A DNA stretch of 57,550 nucleotides from Octopus bimaculoides (GCF_001194135.2 NC_068986.1:59342265-59399814), one strand, 5' to 3'; positions 1 to 11,100 are shown, numbered from the stretch's first letter. Program-made: numbers and translations. The notes: generated by a model from the sequence alone, not told the origin.

Positions 1-61
1 AAAGCTCTACTTTGTAATTTGTCCATTTTCTGTATTTAGCCCTGTGTGGCTATAATAAAAA

Positions 62-104
62 GATATCTATATATATATATATATACACACACACATATAT
101 ATAC

Positions 105-135
<31 letters not shown>

Positions 136-177
136 TATATACATATATATATATACACACACACACACATATATACA
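62..177. repeat. Compound (TA)n/(CA)n microsatellite, tail of a minus-strand SINE copy (~60-330)
   Basis: Direct dinucleotide runs; adjacent 185-300 is the reverse complement of the tRNA-SINE head family also seen at 8163 and 15240. Confidence 0.85.
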
Positions 178-3100
178 ATGGACTTCTTTTCAAATTCCAC
201 TCACAAGGCTCTGGTTGGCTCAGAAGACACATGCCCAATGTGTCAAGTAGAGGGACTGAACCTAAGATCACATGATTGGGAAGCAAGCTTTTAACCTGCA
301 AGTCTGCAGCTATATAAACACACATCCACATCTGCACTTATCTTTCACATAGACTCAAAGTCAGAAATTTGAAAGGAGGGGTTAGTAATATCAGAACTAC
401 TTGACTGGTATTTTGTTGTACTAACCTCGGAACATGATGCCACCCTTGTGCCCATCATATCTATTATAGAAGGGATTATTATTATTGTTGTCATGTTCAA
501 CAATCTTTATTTTCAGTATGTGTAGCCAAGAAAAAAAGAACAAAACAGCTGAAACTCATCTTCCTCACTGACACTACCACCACCACTACCACAATTCACG
601 GTCACAAATGCAAGAAAGTTATGATCCAGAACAGGATTAAGCCATAACATGAACAGAATTGAATCAAATATCAGGTGAGGGAGTAAAGTAAGTTGTTTTG
701 AGTGGCTGTAATCCTTCCCTGTTGGGTATTTCACATCTGTTATAATCATTTGTAGTAAGCTGTTCTACGGTAGCACCCACTCACCACAACCCGGCCGACC
801 AAAGCCGTGTGTGTGTGTGTTTGTGTGTGTGTGTATGTTTCTCGAGTCTCAGGACTCATAAGGCTTTCCATGGAATATAAATGACCGTGATCACATTTCC
901 TCTGAACAGGACACCAAACCATTGCAAGGGTCAAGGGTAGCAATTTTGAGGGGATGAGACATCGATTACATTGACTCCCATTACTTGACAGGCATTTTAT
1001 TTTATCGATCCCCAAAAGAATGAAAAACAAAGGTGACCGCGGCATGATTTGAACTCAGAATGTAAAGAGCAGGAACAAATAACGCAAGTCATTTTGTCCG
1101 ATGTACCGAGAAATGTAGCAAACTGAATCCACCCGAGCACTGATGTTTATCATAATAAATCTGGGAGGGATGAAAGATAAATGTCAACTTCAGCGGGTTT
1201 TGAATTCAGAATGTAACGTATGGCATTCAATCCACCACAAACACGGGTTACAGGAAAACTATTACAAAGCAACAAACGAACGTAAATATTATTGTAAAGA
1301 AGGAAGCGTTAATTTTATAATCAGAGATATTATCGTCTTCGTGGGTCCAAACTCTTTATTTGCTTAATGCTAACAACCGTTTACTGTCATCTTCTGATTA
1401 GTGTTATCGGAAAGGTTTCGTCCCAAAATGCCTCTTTAGATATTTTATCGAAAACTTCTGAAGGTAAAGAATAGGCACACCAGGTGGTTAGATTTGGGGT
1501 TAGGGTTTTTGTTGTGCCGAAAACGGGTGGTGTGCTTATTCTTTTCCTCCGCCAAACTTCTACATAGATGTAACTTTTCGTGCTCATTTCAGAAACCAAA
1601 ATTATTCTTAATTAATAATTTCTCTATCAACTGATTGAAATGTTCAATCAAATAGGAAGAGGTAGCTCAAACTGAAAAGATCGTTCTATTGTTAATTAAT
1701 CCAAAACATACCGAGTTCCTTGAAAGGACAGATGAGGATATTTAACGACGATAATATCTAAAAAGAAAAGTAAATGTATCGGTTCTCTCGCAGTTTTGAT
1801 AATGATTATTCCAAATGTTCGATCAATTTAATTGCCTACTTTTGCACAGACACTTGTAATTTTAACAAACTGGAACAGAATCAGCACCTCAAAGCTGCCC
1901 CTTTAAATTACATGTACAGTCGATACGACGGACTTTTTCTATTCAGTTTCTGTTCATCTTTCATTCAGAAGAAATGAACTGACACGAGATTAGAAGGAAG
2001 AAACTTGCCGAAGATACCGAGTAATGGGATCGAACGGAAACCAAACGACTTCTTAGCCACTTCAAACACATACACTGTGTAAGTGGGTATATTGTGGTAA
2101 ATTTTGGGAAGTGCAGCCACACGATTTTCACTAAGAAAAAAAAATCTAATAAACTTCCAAATTACGGAGATTTTCTGCAGGACTAAAGCAATATGAATAA
2201 TGAAGGGCCATACCCGAAATCTCCTCTCATTTATCAGAACACGGAGATACACTAGTTATTTTGATTTTTCCTTTCTCTGAACTATTTTTAATTAAAACAC
2301 GTTTTCCAATTAGCATAAGAACAAAGAAATAATTTGCGACAAACAAGGAAAATAAACAGAATCTGGATGTAAGAGTGATGATATATAAGTATGTATACAA
2401 ATCAAAATGGCTGTGGAAAATGCGCGCTCGAGTTATTTGGCAGAAGCAAAGGGAAGACGCTAATCTTAACATCATCCTATTACTTGGTCGTTCGAACAGC
2501 TGAAAGCAGCATCCAAATCTCCCACAAATCACACCACCTTTAAAAAAAAAAGGAGGAGGGTACAATAGGAAAGAAAGTCTTAAATAACTTCTTGATAAGA
2601 AGAGATGCTCATAGAATGTCTTCTATCATAGGTTTGCTCATAACAAGTACCTTCACTGTAAATAGACACTATAGCATTCATGGAACGGAAACAAGTCTCA
2701 AAATAAAATAGAATTTGAAGAGACTATCAATGAAGTAATGTAAGTATGACAAAAGGTAAATACATAACGTTTTGGTACAGAGCCCTCTCAATCGGAGAAT
2801 CTCTAGATCTTCACACGTATTGTACGTTTTACAACAGTTACAATAACACTTATTCTAATCGTTGTTTAGGTCCCAGGTCAGCCCCGATCAAACAGACTTA
2901 TGATTACAGCCGTTAGGTATTGGTATATAAGGTGTCAGGATGAGGAGACAACGTCATTTACCCTTTTTTTTCAGCGTTATGAGACCGTCCCACTTTTTAA
3001 AATCTCAGTTTACTCCGGACTACGTTATCCAATGCGCTCTTAGAGGAAAAAGGAAGACAAAAAAGATGGGTCGAGCAAATGTGTAGAAGTTTCTTCATTG

Positions 3101-3179
3101 AGTCAAGTTAGTCTACAAAGTAAAAAAATAATAAAAAGTGTGAGGGGGGGGGGGTATAAAAGTAAATCGTATATCTTAC

Positions 3180-3237
3180 AGTATTTGATGACAGCGATAT
3201 TAACCGGTGCAACACATGTCACTATATGCATCTTCAT
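3180..3237 (-). CDS. MVD: Diphosphomevalonate decarboxylase, first coding exon; the gene continues beyond the left edge of the window
   Basis: Translates MKMHIVTCVAPVNIAVIKY+T, matching the MVD N-terminal signature VTCxAPVNIAVIKYWGK. It ends in a phase-1 T|GTAAG donor inside the Trp codon, the intron position I recall for vertebrate MVD exon 1. No exon 2 (GKRD...) was found in 1-3179. Confidence 0.92.
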
Positions 3238-3431
3238 CTTAAGCGATTCCTGATAGTGTTGTAGAGAAACGCAGACTGTCACAGAGTGACCCGATTTCGT
3301 CTGGAACCGGTTTCTATAAGATTCCACAAATAAAACGCAATCAATGAATAATTACACACACGTGTGCTCTCTATTCTTTCTTTCTATTGTACTCCTCTCT
3401 TTCTCTCTCTCCCTCTTTTTCTCTCTTGTGA

Positions 3432-3503
3432 TATTCACCACGAGCGGCAACTCCAATTGCATAAATTTTTTTTCCGATTCAGAGTATTGTATTCACCACG
3501 TGC
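3432..3503. promoter_or_regulatory. Candidate MVD promoter module: two TATTCACCACGWGC repeats flanking a CCAAT box
   Basis: TATTCACCACGAGC at 3432-3445, CCAAT at 3453-3457, TATTCACCACGTGC (contains E-box CACGTG) at 3490-3503, about 200-270 bp upstream of the MVD ATG in a locally CpG-containing region. Confidence 0.4.
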
Positions 3504-4099
3504 CGCCACTTTACTCCACAAAGAAAAACTGAATGTGAACATTCGAACGGCTAGAAAAGCAGATTAATCTCATTCGAATGAGATACATTAAACAATGTCC
3601 TCTAAATGTGCTGTGTCTGAATAAAAGTTGTAGTAGTACCGATTATAATAACAACAAACACTAATTAGAAGTCACTTGGCCAGCGAGTAATAGCAGTCAA
3701 ATCTCCCCAAATTCTACTCTGCTACCTCTGAAAAGGGAAGAACGTGGATAATATAAACCTAAATACACAATGTATGGAAATAAACAAAATGATGGAATAG
3801 TTAAATGCTTTCCTATGGCTTAAGAACAACCATAAATATAATTTTTTAGCATTTGTCATCTTTAATTTGTTTTTCCCACCTTTCTTCTCTTCATCAAATT
3901 CCTAATATAAGTAGGAAAATATTAATGCTAAAAGAAGATGTTCTATTGAAGTTACGTTATTTATATTTAGCCAAAAAGTTCTTTTATGGTAGTAAAGGAA
4001 AATGGCCCAATTAGATCAATATCATCATCCTTTTGTTAAACTTACATGTTCTCTCACTTTATTTCATGTTCCACTGTTTGTTTGTCTTGACAGAGTGAT

Positions 4100-4480
4100 C
4101 ATGTAGCATTGACTAATTTCCCTCAATCTCACCAAATTTGTATTTGAAACTGACTCTAAGAGGAGCATATGCCATATGTTCCATCTGATATTTCTTTGGA
4201 GTGCATTCTCCCATATTATCCATTGTCCTAGCAGGATTGTCTTTTGGATTCTTTAGGCACCCTCTCTCTCTTTCTGAATTACTATGTCCCTCTTTAATTC
4301 CCCTTTCGTCTTTCACCACCCCTCCACTGAGCTCATGTATTACTTATTAGTCTGTGCATGTCCTGTCATTTCCTCAAACATGCAGTTCTTCTTTGCTACA
4401 CCTACTGCCTCCTGAACCTTCCATTTTCTGTCGGTTCTCTGGTTAGGTTGGATTGATCTCACTACTTTATCTCTGGAATT
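4100..4480 (-). mobile_element. Decayed non-LTR retrotransposon fragment, probably restriction-like-endonuclease type (HERO/NeSL-like), post-RT region
   Basis: Frameshifted translation gives GQWIIWENALQRNIRWNIWHM..PLRVSF, resembling the QGxWTxWE..RxITW..W...P.RISF motif of these clades. Confidence 0.5.
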
Positions 4481-5329
4481 CTCAATGTACACAAATGTTT
4501 TGCTTTTCTAACCTTGTACTCCTCCATGATGGACTGTAGGAGTAGCTTCAGCTTTCCTTGGTGACTTTAGAAAGCAACATCAATGAAGCCAGGTGGGACA
4601 CCAAGCCATTTCCTTGGGTATTTATTAATTCCAACCTCATTATTTCCACTGTGCCAATACTGATAATGTATATCAGTAAAGATAATAACATGAACTGCAA
4701 ATACCAGACCTCCTGTTAGTCAGAGATGCCACATATTTCTATTACTTGGCTTCATTTCTCCAATGTAGAATTATCATATTGAAATATTTCGTCCAAATGT
4801 TCTATGGTGTGTAACAACTTTCCTCATACAATAATTTACAATTGTTTGAATTCAAATGGGTTTGAAAGAAAAATGGTTTCTTTTGACCAAGTACATATGA
4901 GGACTAATATTGTGGCAGATGGAGCATGGTATGCTTCATTGTGTTACTGATACTGTGAAGATGGAAGGGAAAATTTTTATACCAAAATACTCTAACTGTT
5001 TAGTCATCTAACCTAGATGGAATGTACCAGGAGTTTTGAGACTGTTTCTAGGAGAGGCAATTGCAAATGTCCTAGATTATTGTAATTTTAGTATATCATT
5101 ACTATACATCTAATAAGCTGGCCTACCAGCTTTTTTTAATTCTAGATTGAAGGAGATGGCTGTAAGAGCACTTTGAACACACCCTTCTAAACACTGCTTA
5201 TCACAGCTGACTAGTTTGCAGAAAACAGTCAGGACATGAAGGCAATTTAGAAGCTTGCTATGCAATAAAGTTTTGTATTAAACTGGGTAAAAACTCTACA
5301 GAAACTTATGAAATACTACAGATTATTTA

Positions 5330-5760
5330 TAGATTATCTTGTAGAGACAAGTATCTGATTTCTGCTGGCACTAGAGATTCAAGGACAGTAAAGAGGAGGT
5401 GAGAGACAACAAGAGGTGTGAGAGGGGGAAGGATGTCAGAACATCAGAACTGATTGAGAAATTTCACAATTTTCTGGATGAAGACTGTTGTGTGTCTATA
5501 AAGATGATAAGCATAGTGTGGAAAAATGTATATAGGATTATTTATGATTATTTGTGCTTTTTGTTCCCAAGGTGCTCAGTGTTGAACAGAAGGAACAGAG
5601 GACGTGTTGGTGACAGCAGGAGATGGTTGAGATCATTACATCCAGTCCAAGAGTACTTGTGTTTCTGTGGTAACACGTAATGAAAGTTAGATTATGATTC
5701 AGAGACCAAGGGCTCAATGAAAGCATCATGGGACTTCTATCGTCAACAAACATTGGGCTC
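5330..5760 (+). mobile_element. Mariner transposase remnant (HTH region to first catalytic D region)
   Basis: Broken translation ..RTSELIEKFHNFLDEDCCVSIKMI..VYRIIYDYL..FVPKVLSVEQKEQR..YDSETK resembles mariner WVPxxLT and YDPETK motifs. Confidence 0.65.
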
Positions 5761-6213
5761 CCTCTGCCTACACGGCCAACAGAGCATATTTTGTGGAGGT
5801 TGTGAGGGGGATCAGATAGAGATTTTGTTGCAAAAGGCCAGAGCTCTATCACTTATGTATGTATACTTATATATATATAAGTGTGTGTATATATATACAC
5901 ACACAATTGTCACATATATTATAAACTCCTCTATTTACATAATATCAAGGTCTCGTTCATTCTTTTGTTGTCAAATTTTTATTATTAATATATATATATA
6001 TATATGTGTGTGTGCTTTTGGTGTTAATGTTTTTTTTATATGGTGCTGTTTTTACAATCCTGTAAATAAGAACAATCGGAGACGGTGTGAGAGGATGATT
6101 AAGTAATAGTTAGTTTAGTTAAGATAGGAAATAGAGAGTGAATGTAGGGATACTGTATTTGTCTAATTGACACCACTATCACTCATAACCTATATATATA
6201 TATATATATATAT

Positions 6214-6341
6214 NNNNNNNNNNNNNNNNNNNNNNNNNNNNNNNNNNNNNNNNNNNNNNNNNNNNNNNNNNNNNNNNNNNNNNNNNNNNNNNNNNNNNNN
6301 NNNNNNNNNNNNNNNNNNNNNNNNNNNNNNNNNNNNNNNNN
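6214..6341. other. Assembly gap (others at 8654-8663, 11668-11810, 13658-13759)
   Basis: Runs of N. Confidence 1.
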
Positions 6342-6490
6342 AGTGCTGTATACCGGCTAGTTTTGCCCCTGTCGTTGTATAAACATGAGTGGGGAATATA
6401 ACATAGGTCGTGTATTAGCGTGTGTATGTATAAAGAGAGAAAAAGATAAAGAGACCAATTGCAAAGTTAGAAATATATTTTATGGATAAA

Positions 6491-6539
6491 GTCTTACAGC
6501 TGTTTCAGGGAAAATCTAATGTATCCCTTCATCGGAGAC
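6491..6539 (-). ncRNA. Minimal type-I hammerhead ribozyme-like motif (CCGAUGA core variant)
   Basis: GTCT-CCGATGA-AGGGA-tacattagattt-TCCCT-GAAA-CAGCTG-T-A-AGAC. Stem I GTCT/AGAC, stem II AGGGA/TCCCT, palindromic stem III ACAGCTGT, GUA cleavage triplet. Confidence 0.7.
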
Positions 6540-6732
6540 GGTAATAGTAGAGGAATGGATTATTACATTTATAAGAGGAGATTTGTAGTAAGAAGTGAGA
6601 GTAATGGGCTGAAAAAAGAACAAAGAAAAAACAAGTACTGTTTTTTCTTTGTTCTTTTTTTAGCCCATCACTCTCACTTCTTACTACAAATCTCCTCTTA
6701 TAGATGTAATAATCCATTCCTCTACTATTACC

Positions 6733-6781
6733 GTCTCCAATGAAGGGATACATTAGATTTTCTCTGAAACAGCTGTAAGAC
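6733..6781 (+). ncRNA. Mutated mirror copy of the hammerhead-like motif
   Basis: GTCT-CCAATGA-AGGGA-loop-TCTCT-GAAA-CAGCTG-TA-AGAC. A core G>A change at a CpG plus one stem II change make it probably inactive. Confidence 0.6.
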
Positions 6782-7139
6782 TTTATCCATAAAATATATT
6801 TCTAACTTTGCCATTGGTCTCTTTATACATATATATATATATATATAAATGGGCTGCTGAATTGAAATCTCTATGTTGCTTTGAGGGTTAGGCAAAATTT
6901 GACAAATTGCTTCACCCTCTGTTGTTGCACTACTGTGATGTTTGTTTAAAAAAGAGAGATTATGACTGTGATAAAGTAATGAAAGCAAGCAATATTTAGT
7001 AAGCAAGTGAGCACTATTATACTAAGAAATGATTAGATGTAAAATATATAAATTACTAGAAATAGGAATCAAATGTGAAAATATTATCAAGGGGCTAGCA
7101 GAAAACTGTCCAAATGGCGGTCTTTCTGCTAGTAGATCA

Positions 7140-7500
7140 TCGTCATCATTTAACATCCATTCGGCCATGTTCGGATGGTGCTCTTTACGTGCCACCGGCA
7201 CAGGAGTCAGTAAGGGCAGTGGGGTGCTGGCATTGACCACGTTTGGATGGTGCTTTTTATGTGTCACTGGCATGGGAAGCCAGTCAGGTGGCACTGACAT
7301 CGATCCACACATGAATGGTGCTTATTGCATGCCACCAGCACGGGTGCCAGTCAGGCAGCACTGGTATCAGCCACAACTACAATTTCCATTTTGATTTCAA
7401 TTGGATTGAGATTCTGATTTTGATTTTACTTAACTCAATAGGTTTTCTCAAGCGCGGCATGCTGCCTGACAATTCAAAGGTACTTTTTAAATGGGCTGGT
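7140..7500 (-). mobile_element. RTE LINE 3'-UTR-derived repeat with internal tandem units
   Basis: Repeating gtgctttttacgtgccaccggcac / agccagtcagg..ctggcat units shared with copies at 13364, 22316 and 35390. Confidence 0.7.
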
Positions 7501-7580
7501 TATGTGACTGTGGTATAAGCTATGGCTGTGATCTCACTTTACTTACCAGGTCCACTTCATGCCTGAAAGAACCTACATCA

Positions 7581-7650
7581 TTTCAAAACCTTAAAAAATC
7601 GAACACGTGTGTAATTAGCACACATGTTCGATTTTTTAAGGTTTTGGAAA
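7581..7650. repeat. ~32-bp-arm hairpin with ~6-nt loop
   Basis: tttcaaaaccttaaaaaatcgaacacgtgtgt-aattag-cacacatgttcgattttttaaggttttggaaa. Confidence 0.85.
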
Positions 7651-7859
7651 CACAGGCACATATGCGCAAATCAACAAAAAAAAAACATTTCTAAAGAAAG
7701 CCTTAAAAAATCATTTCTACAGAAAACTTTGCGGGAAGCAGTTCGCTTAGACTTGTTGTGTTAACCATTTTTCAAAAATGATATATGATATATTACCATA
7801 TATTGGAGATTTTGATGCGGCGTATTCGTTTCTGAAGGAGAAAAAAGTTCTGAATAGTG

Positions 7860-8162
7860 TCACTCCCTGATGTTCGTATTGCCAGAAAGAAATGACACTC
7901 ATAAAACATAAGGAAGGGAAGCTATTTCGTTGCCCTAAACATAAAACTGCAAAAGAGTCCATTAGGAAGTCTTCTTTTCTGGAAAACTCTAAATTACGAT
8001 TACAGGATTTTATTCTTGTAACATATTTATGGTCCCATAATACAACCCTTCATACATCATCCGAAATGACTGGTCTCTCAAAATCTACTGTTGTTCAATG
8101 GTACCAGTACATGAGGGACATTACAAGCAATTCTCTTTTGCGTAACCCCTACCAAATTGGTG
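7860..8162 (+). mobile_element. Merlin (IS1016/ISXO2-like) transposase, N-terminal fragment
   Basis: FRCPKHK..SIRKSSFLENSKLRLQDFILVTYLWS..TGLSKSTVVQWYQYMRDI..PYQIG matches the Merlin Zn-ribbon/HTH region, and is cut by a SINE just before the expected GxxVEIDES motif. Confidence 0.8.
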
Positions 8163-8370
8163 TCTTCTACTACAGCCTCAGGCCAACCAAAGCCTTGTGA
8201 GTAAATTTAGTAGACGGAAACTGAAAGAAGCCCGTCGTATATATGTATGTGGGTGTGCATGTATGTGTTTCACGTGAGTGTAAGTGACCATATGCATATA
8301 GGCACATGTACATGGGTGTGCATGCATGCATGTGTATGTATGTACATGCGCGCATACACACATTCTATGA
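8163..8370 (+). mobile_element. 5'-truncated tRNA-derived SINE with (TG/TA)n middle
   Basis: gtcttctactacagcctcaggccaaccaaagccttgtgagt...gaaactgaaagaagcccgtcg shared with 15240-15430 and 38745-38930. Confidence 0.75.
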
Positions 8371-8534
8371 GAGTTTTTTCCTTTCTCCCTTTATTTAACG
8401 GTCTTTCTAATCACTCTTTTGTTTGTCTTAATAACTGATGAGATGCCAGAGCAGATTTCCGCCCCATAATCTGAAACTCGGAGTTTTATTATGGCAACTG
8501 AATAGTTGTCACATATATTACATGAATTCCTCTA

Positions 8535-8543
8535 TATATTCCT

Positions 8544-8583
<40 letters not shown>

Positions 8584-8610
8584 CTATATATATATGTATA
8601 TATATGTATG

Positions 8611-8653
<43 letters not shown>

Positions 8654-8730
8654 NNNNNNNNNNATATATATGAATATATATATATATATATATGAACATA
8701 TATATATGTGTGTGTGTGTGTGTGTATAAT
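8535..8730. repeat. (TA)n/(TG)n microsatellite with a 10-nt assembly gap
   Basis: Direct observation. Confidence 0.95.
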
Positions 8731-9109
8731 TTTTATATATTGAGGGTGATAAATTGAATATTAATTCAATTAACATCGATTTAAAACCAAGTGGCCTACC
8801 ATATAAAAAAATCTGAAAATTCAGAAAAATTGTATTACATGTGTATAAGGGATGACCACTAGGTGGACATCCAATATGCTAGAAATTTCGCAAACACCAG
8901 AACATAAGTGGGCAAGACAAAATGAGAAATATACACAGAATAAAGAATTGTGTACTGGTTTCGTCATTAATATTTTACTTAATTTGATGTTAATTGAATT
9001 AATATTCTAGCGAACCAGGTATCCTAAGATGGTTACCTTTTATGTGTTTAAATGTACACTGTATTTATATGATTAATATATATAGTCTATTGACTAATTT
9101 TTCTACACG

Positions 9110-10869
9110 CTAGGCCTTTGGTAGTAAAAAATTTCTACTGCGTTTTTCAATGTCGGAGGATCTCCCTTCCAGAACCATTCCACTGTCCACTGCCGGCCAT
9201 CAAACACAGCCCGAAAATTCCTTGTCTGTAATGGTGTGTGCAGCATATTTTTCTTCGCAGCTCTCACCACTTTCCTGTCACAGATTCACAGTGCATAGCA
9301 ACCCCACATCATCGAATGTTACACTGGCTTCATTAACCGTGACACCTTCCAAACGGACAATGACGTCCATCCTCATCACCACATCGCGTGCAACCTCAAT
9401 CTCATTCTTTATATCACCATCTCCACCCTCTGCATTCAACTTTTGTACCGTCAACAGCCCTTACACTACTCACTCTACTCCATTCTTCCATCAACTCCGG
9501 AGTCATTAGGCTTGTTGAGCAGCCGGTGTCCACGAGGGCTCGTGATACCTTTCTGTTCACCATGACATCCATTACTGGCAATGACTGTATACACGCTTCT
9601 ATTCTTTTGACGGGACTACTGGCGCAGTAGTCTACCTTAGACCGTTTCTCTGAACGCATTCACTAGTGATGTGGCCTGTTTGTCTGCATCGATAGCAAAT
9701 TACTCCAGGCCTGGATTCTTTGCAGTCAATCACCATGTGCAAACCCTGACATCGAAAACACTGCCCTTTGAAGGGTCACACACGTTCCTTGTTTGACCCC
9801 TCTCCACCGCTTTTTGTTCGATCCCTTCTCGTTGTTGCAATCACTTCTAAAGGTGTCGTCCTGCAACACGAGATGATGACTCTGGCCCAAGATATTACCT
9901 CTCCCATCGCCATGGAGTGAATATTCAGCAGCTTTTGCAGTTCGACAGAAACGTGGTCAAGAAATCCTGTCACAAATGTTAATTTAACTGTTTGTTCCAA
10001 CACGTTATTCCTGTATCCCACAAGTCTGGCCAATCTCCTGATTTCGTTGGCAAACACATCCACCTGTTCACCCGTCCACTTTGCTTTCCCCAGTCGACCA
10101 TATGCCGGTACTACTAAAGCAGCACGGTCCCGAACGCGCAGTCGCGCATCCGCGCTAGCTAGTCTTGAGTAGTCGATCCTAACCCTAACTCTAACCCTGT
10201 CCCTAACCCGCGTGTGCAAATGAATACGTGTTTAGGGTTAGGTTTAGGATCGACCACTCATGACTAGCTAGCGCGGAGGCGCGACTTCGCGTTCGGGACC
10301 GTGCTGCTTTAGTAGTACCCCATATGCCATGCATGGCCCTTCTGTAAAAGCCTCCATCAGCCGGACTGCTATTTTTTCTGCGCTTAACTGGTCCATCTCT
10401 ATTTCCAGGTATAGCACCAACGCCAATCCATCGAGGTACAATGATATGAGACTCACTAGGTCATCTATACTGTGGAGTCTTGCCACCAACTTAATTTTTT
10501 GCAACCGAGTGGTGATGTCTCCATTGCTGCAAAATGGCCTAACCCTCTTGTTTGAAACATGGACCATACCCATCATATTTTTTTTTTGAGTCGAAATAGC
10601 TTGTGATATGAAGGAGGAGAAAGACAGAAACAAAGAGAGAATTGCAGTAGTCTTAGCTGTCGATCTGGAAAGGGTCACTCACAACGTCCACATGCTCTGT
10701 CTGCTGCCGTACCGTCTGACACATCTACTCTCATATACTGTCCACCGCCAACTGACTGCACATGCCTCGCTGAGCCTGTATGCCCACCACAGCTCTTCCG
10801 GTAGGACCCACAGTCCCCACTTCCGACAGGACATGCGTACTCCCTCACTTCCGGTCCTTCCTTACAACA
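9110..10869 (-). mobile_element. Ty3/Gypsy LTR retrotransposon, 5' part: putative LTR (~10600-10869), gag with two CCHC knuckles, aspartic protease; truncated before RT
   Basis: Gag ..VRPF..LYLDGLALVLY..FTEGPCMAYGRLGKAKWTGEQVDVFANEIRRLA after removing the MITE; CFRCQGLHMVIDC and CYRCRQTGHITSEC; protease ALVDTGCSTS; candidate LTR start TGTTGTAAGG at 10869. LTR boundary is uncertain. Confidence 0.85.
10107..10319. mobile_element. 213-bp MITE with ~85-bp TIRs and 9-bp TSD (Merlin- or MULE-type), inserted in Gypsy gag
   Basis: TIR GGTACTACTAAAGCAGCACGGTCCCGAACGCG.../...CGCGTTCGGGACCGTGCTGCTTTAGTAGTACC; perfect TSD CCATATGCC at 10098-10106 and 10320-10328; inner TAACCC/TTAGGG-like repeats. Confidence 0.92.
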
Positions 10870-10879
10870 CAGCCTGGTT

Positions 10880-11100
10880 CATAACACCACAGGTCCGATA
10901 TACCTACTCATTAGATATTGACTAATTTCATAATCATTGTTTATTTGAACAGCAGCTTGGTCATTTCCTTTCAGTGTGTACTTGATGACATACTTAATTG
11001 AGCTCACTGAGATGATTTCAATGCTGCAGTGGCATTTGAATGTTCTTAAAAGAGTTTCATTATGAGGTACAACCCATCTGTTGTTTGTTTTTCCATTCTT
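10880..11100 (-). mobile_element. Helitron Rep/helicase fragment
   Basis: NNRWVVPHNETLLRTFKCHCSIEIISVSSIKYVIKYTLKGNDQA....EISQYLMSRYIGP matches the Helitron NRWVVPYN..L..HINVE...IKYLxKYxxKG.D..EI..Y..RY motif. Confidence 0.88.

Larger units (their letters stand above)
6446..6826. repeat. 381-bp near-perfect palindrome (two ~190-bp inverted arms, essentially no spacer, centre AGT|ACT at 6636/6637); likely an inverted pair of Penelope-like pseudo-LTR ends
   Basis: ORFs 6519-6743(+) and 6529-6753(-) translate almost identically. The arms differ by only a few substitutions and each carries a hammerhead-like motif. The right arm abuts (TA)n. Confidence 0.9.

Noticed and set aside
46-337. Low-complexity Y/I/H/T/V/C-rich ORFs (also 8170-8776, 15227-15780, 57025-57425)
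   Set aside because: Translations of dinucleotide microsatellites.
513-749. Minus ORF with GSGGGSVSEEDEF as a possible MVD exon
   Set aside because: No similarity to the MVD sequence expected next (GKRD..LP.NSS.S.TL); the low-complexity part derives from a (CAC)n tract.
1720-1775. CAGATGA-gatatt..aatatc-TAAAA, a possible fourth hammerhead remnant
   Set aside because: Both core segments deviate and no stem I or III can be formed.
1965-2252. Minus ORF with ALPKIYHNIP, vaguely like the Penelope RT LPKIHK motif
   Set aside because: A single weak motif with no supporting context; also not MVD exon 2.
6519-6753. Pair of near-identical 74-aa ORFs on opposite strands
   Set aside because: A by-product of the palindrome; no recognisable protein features.
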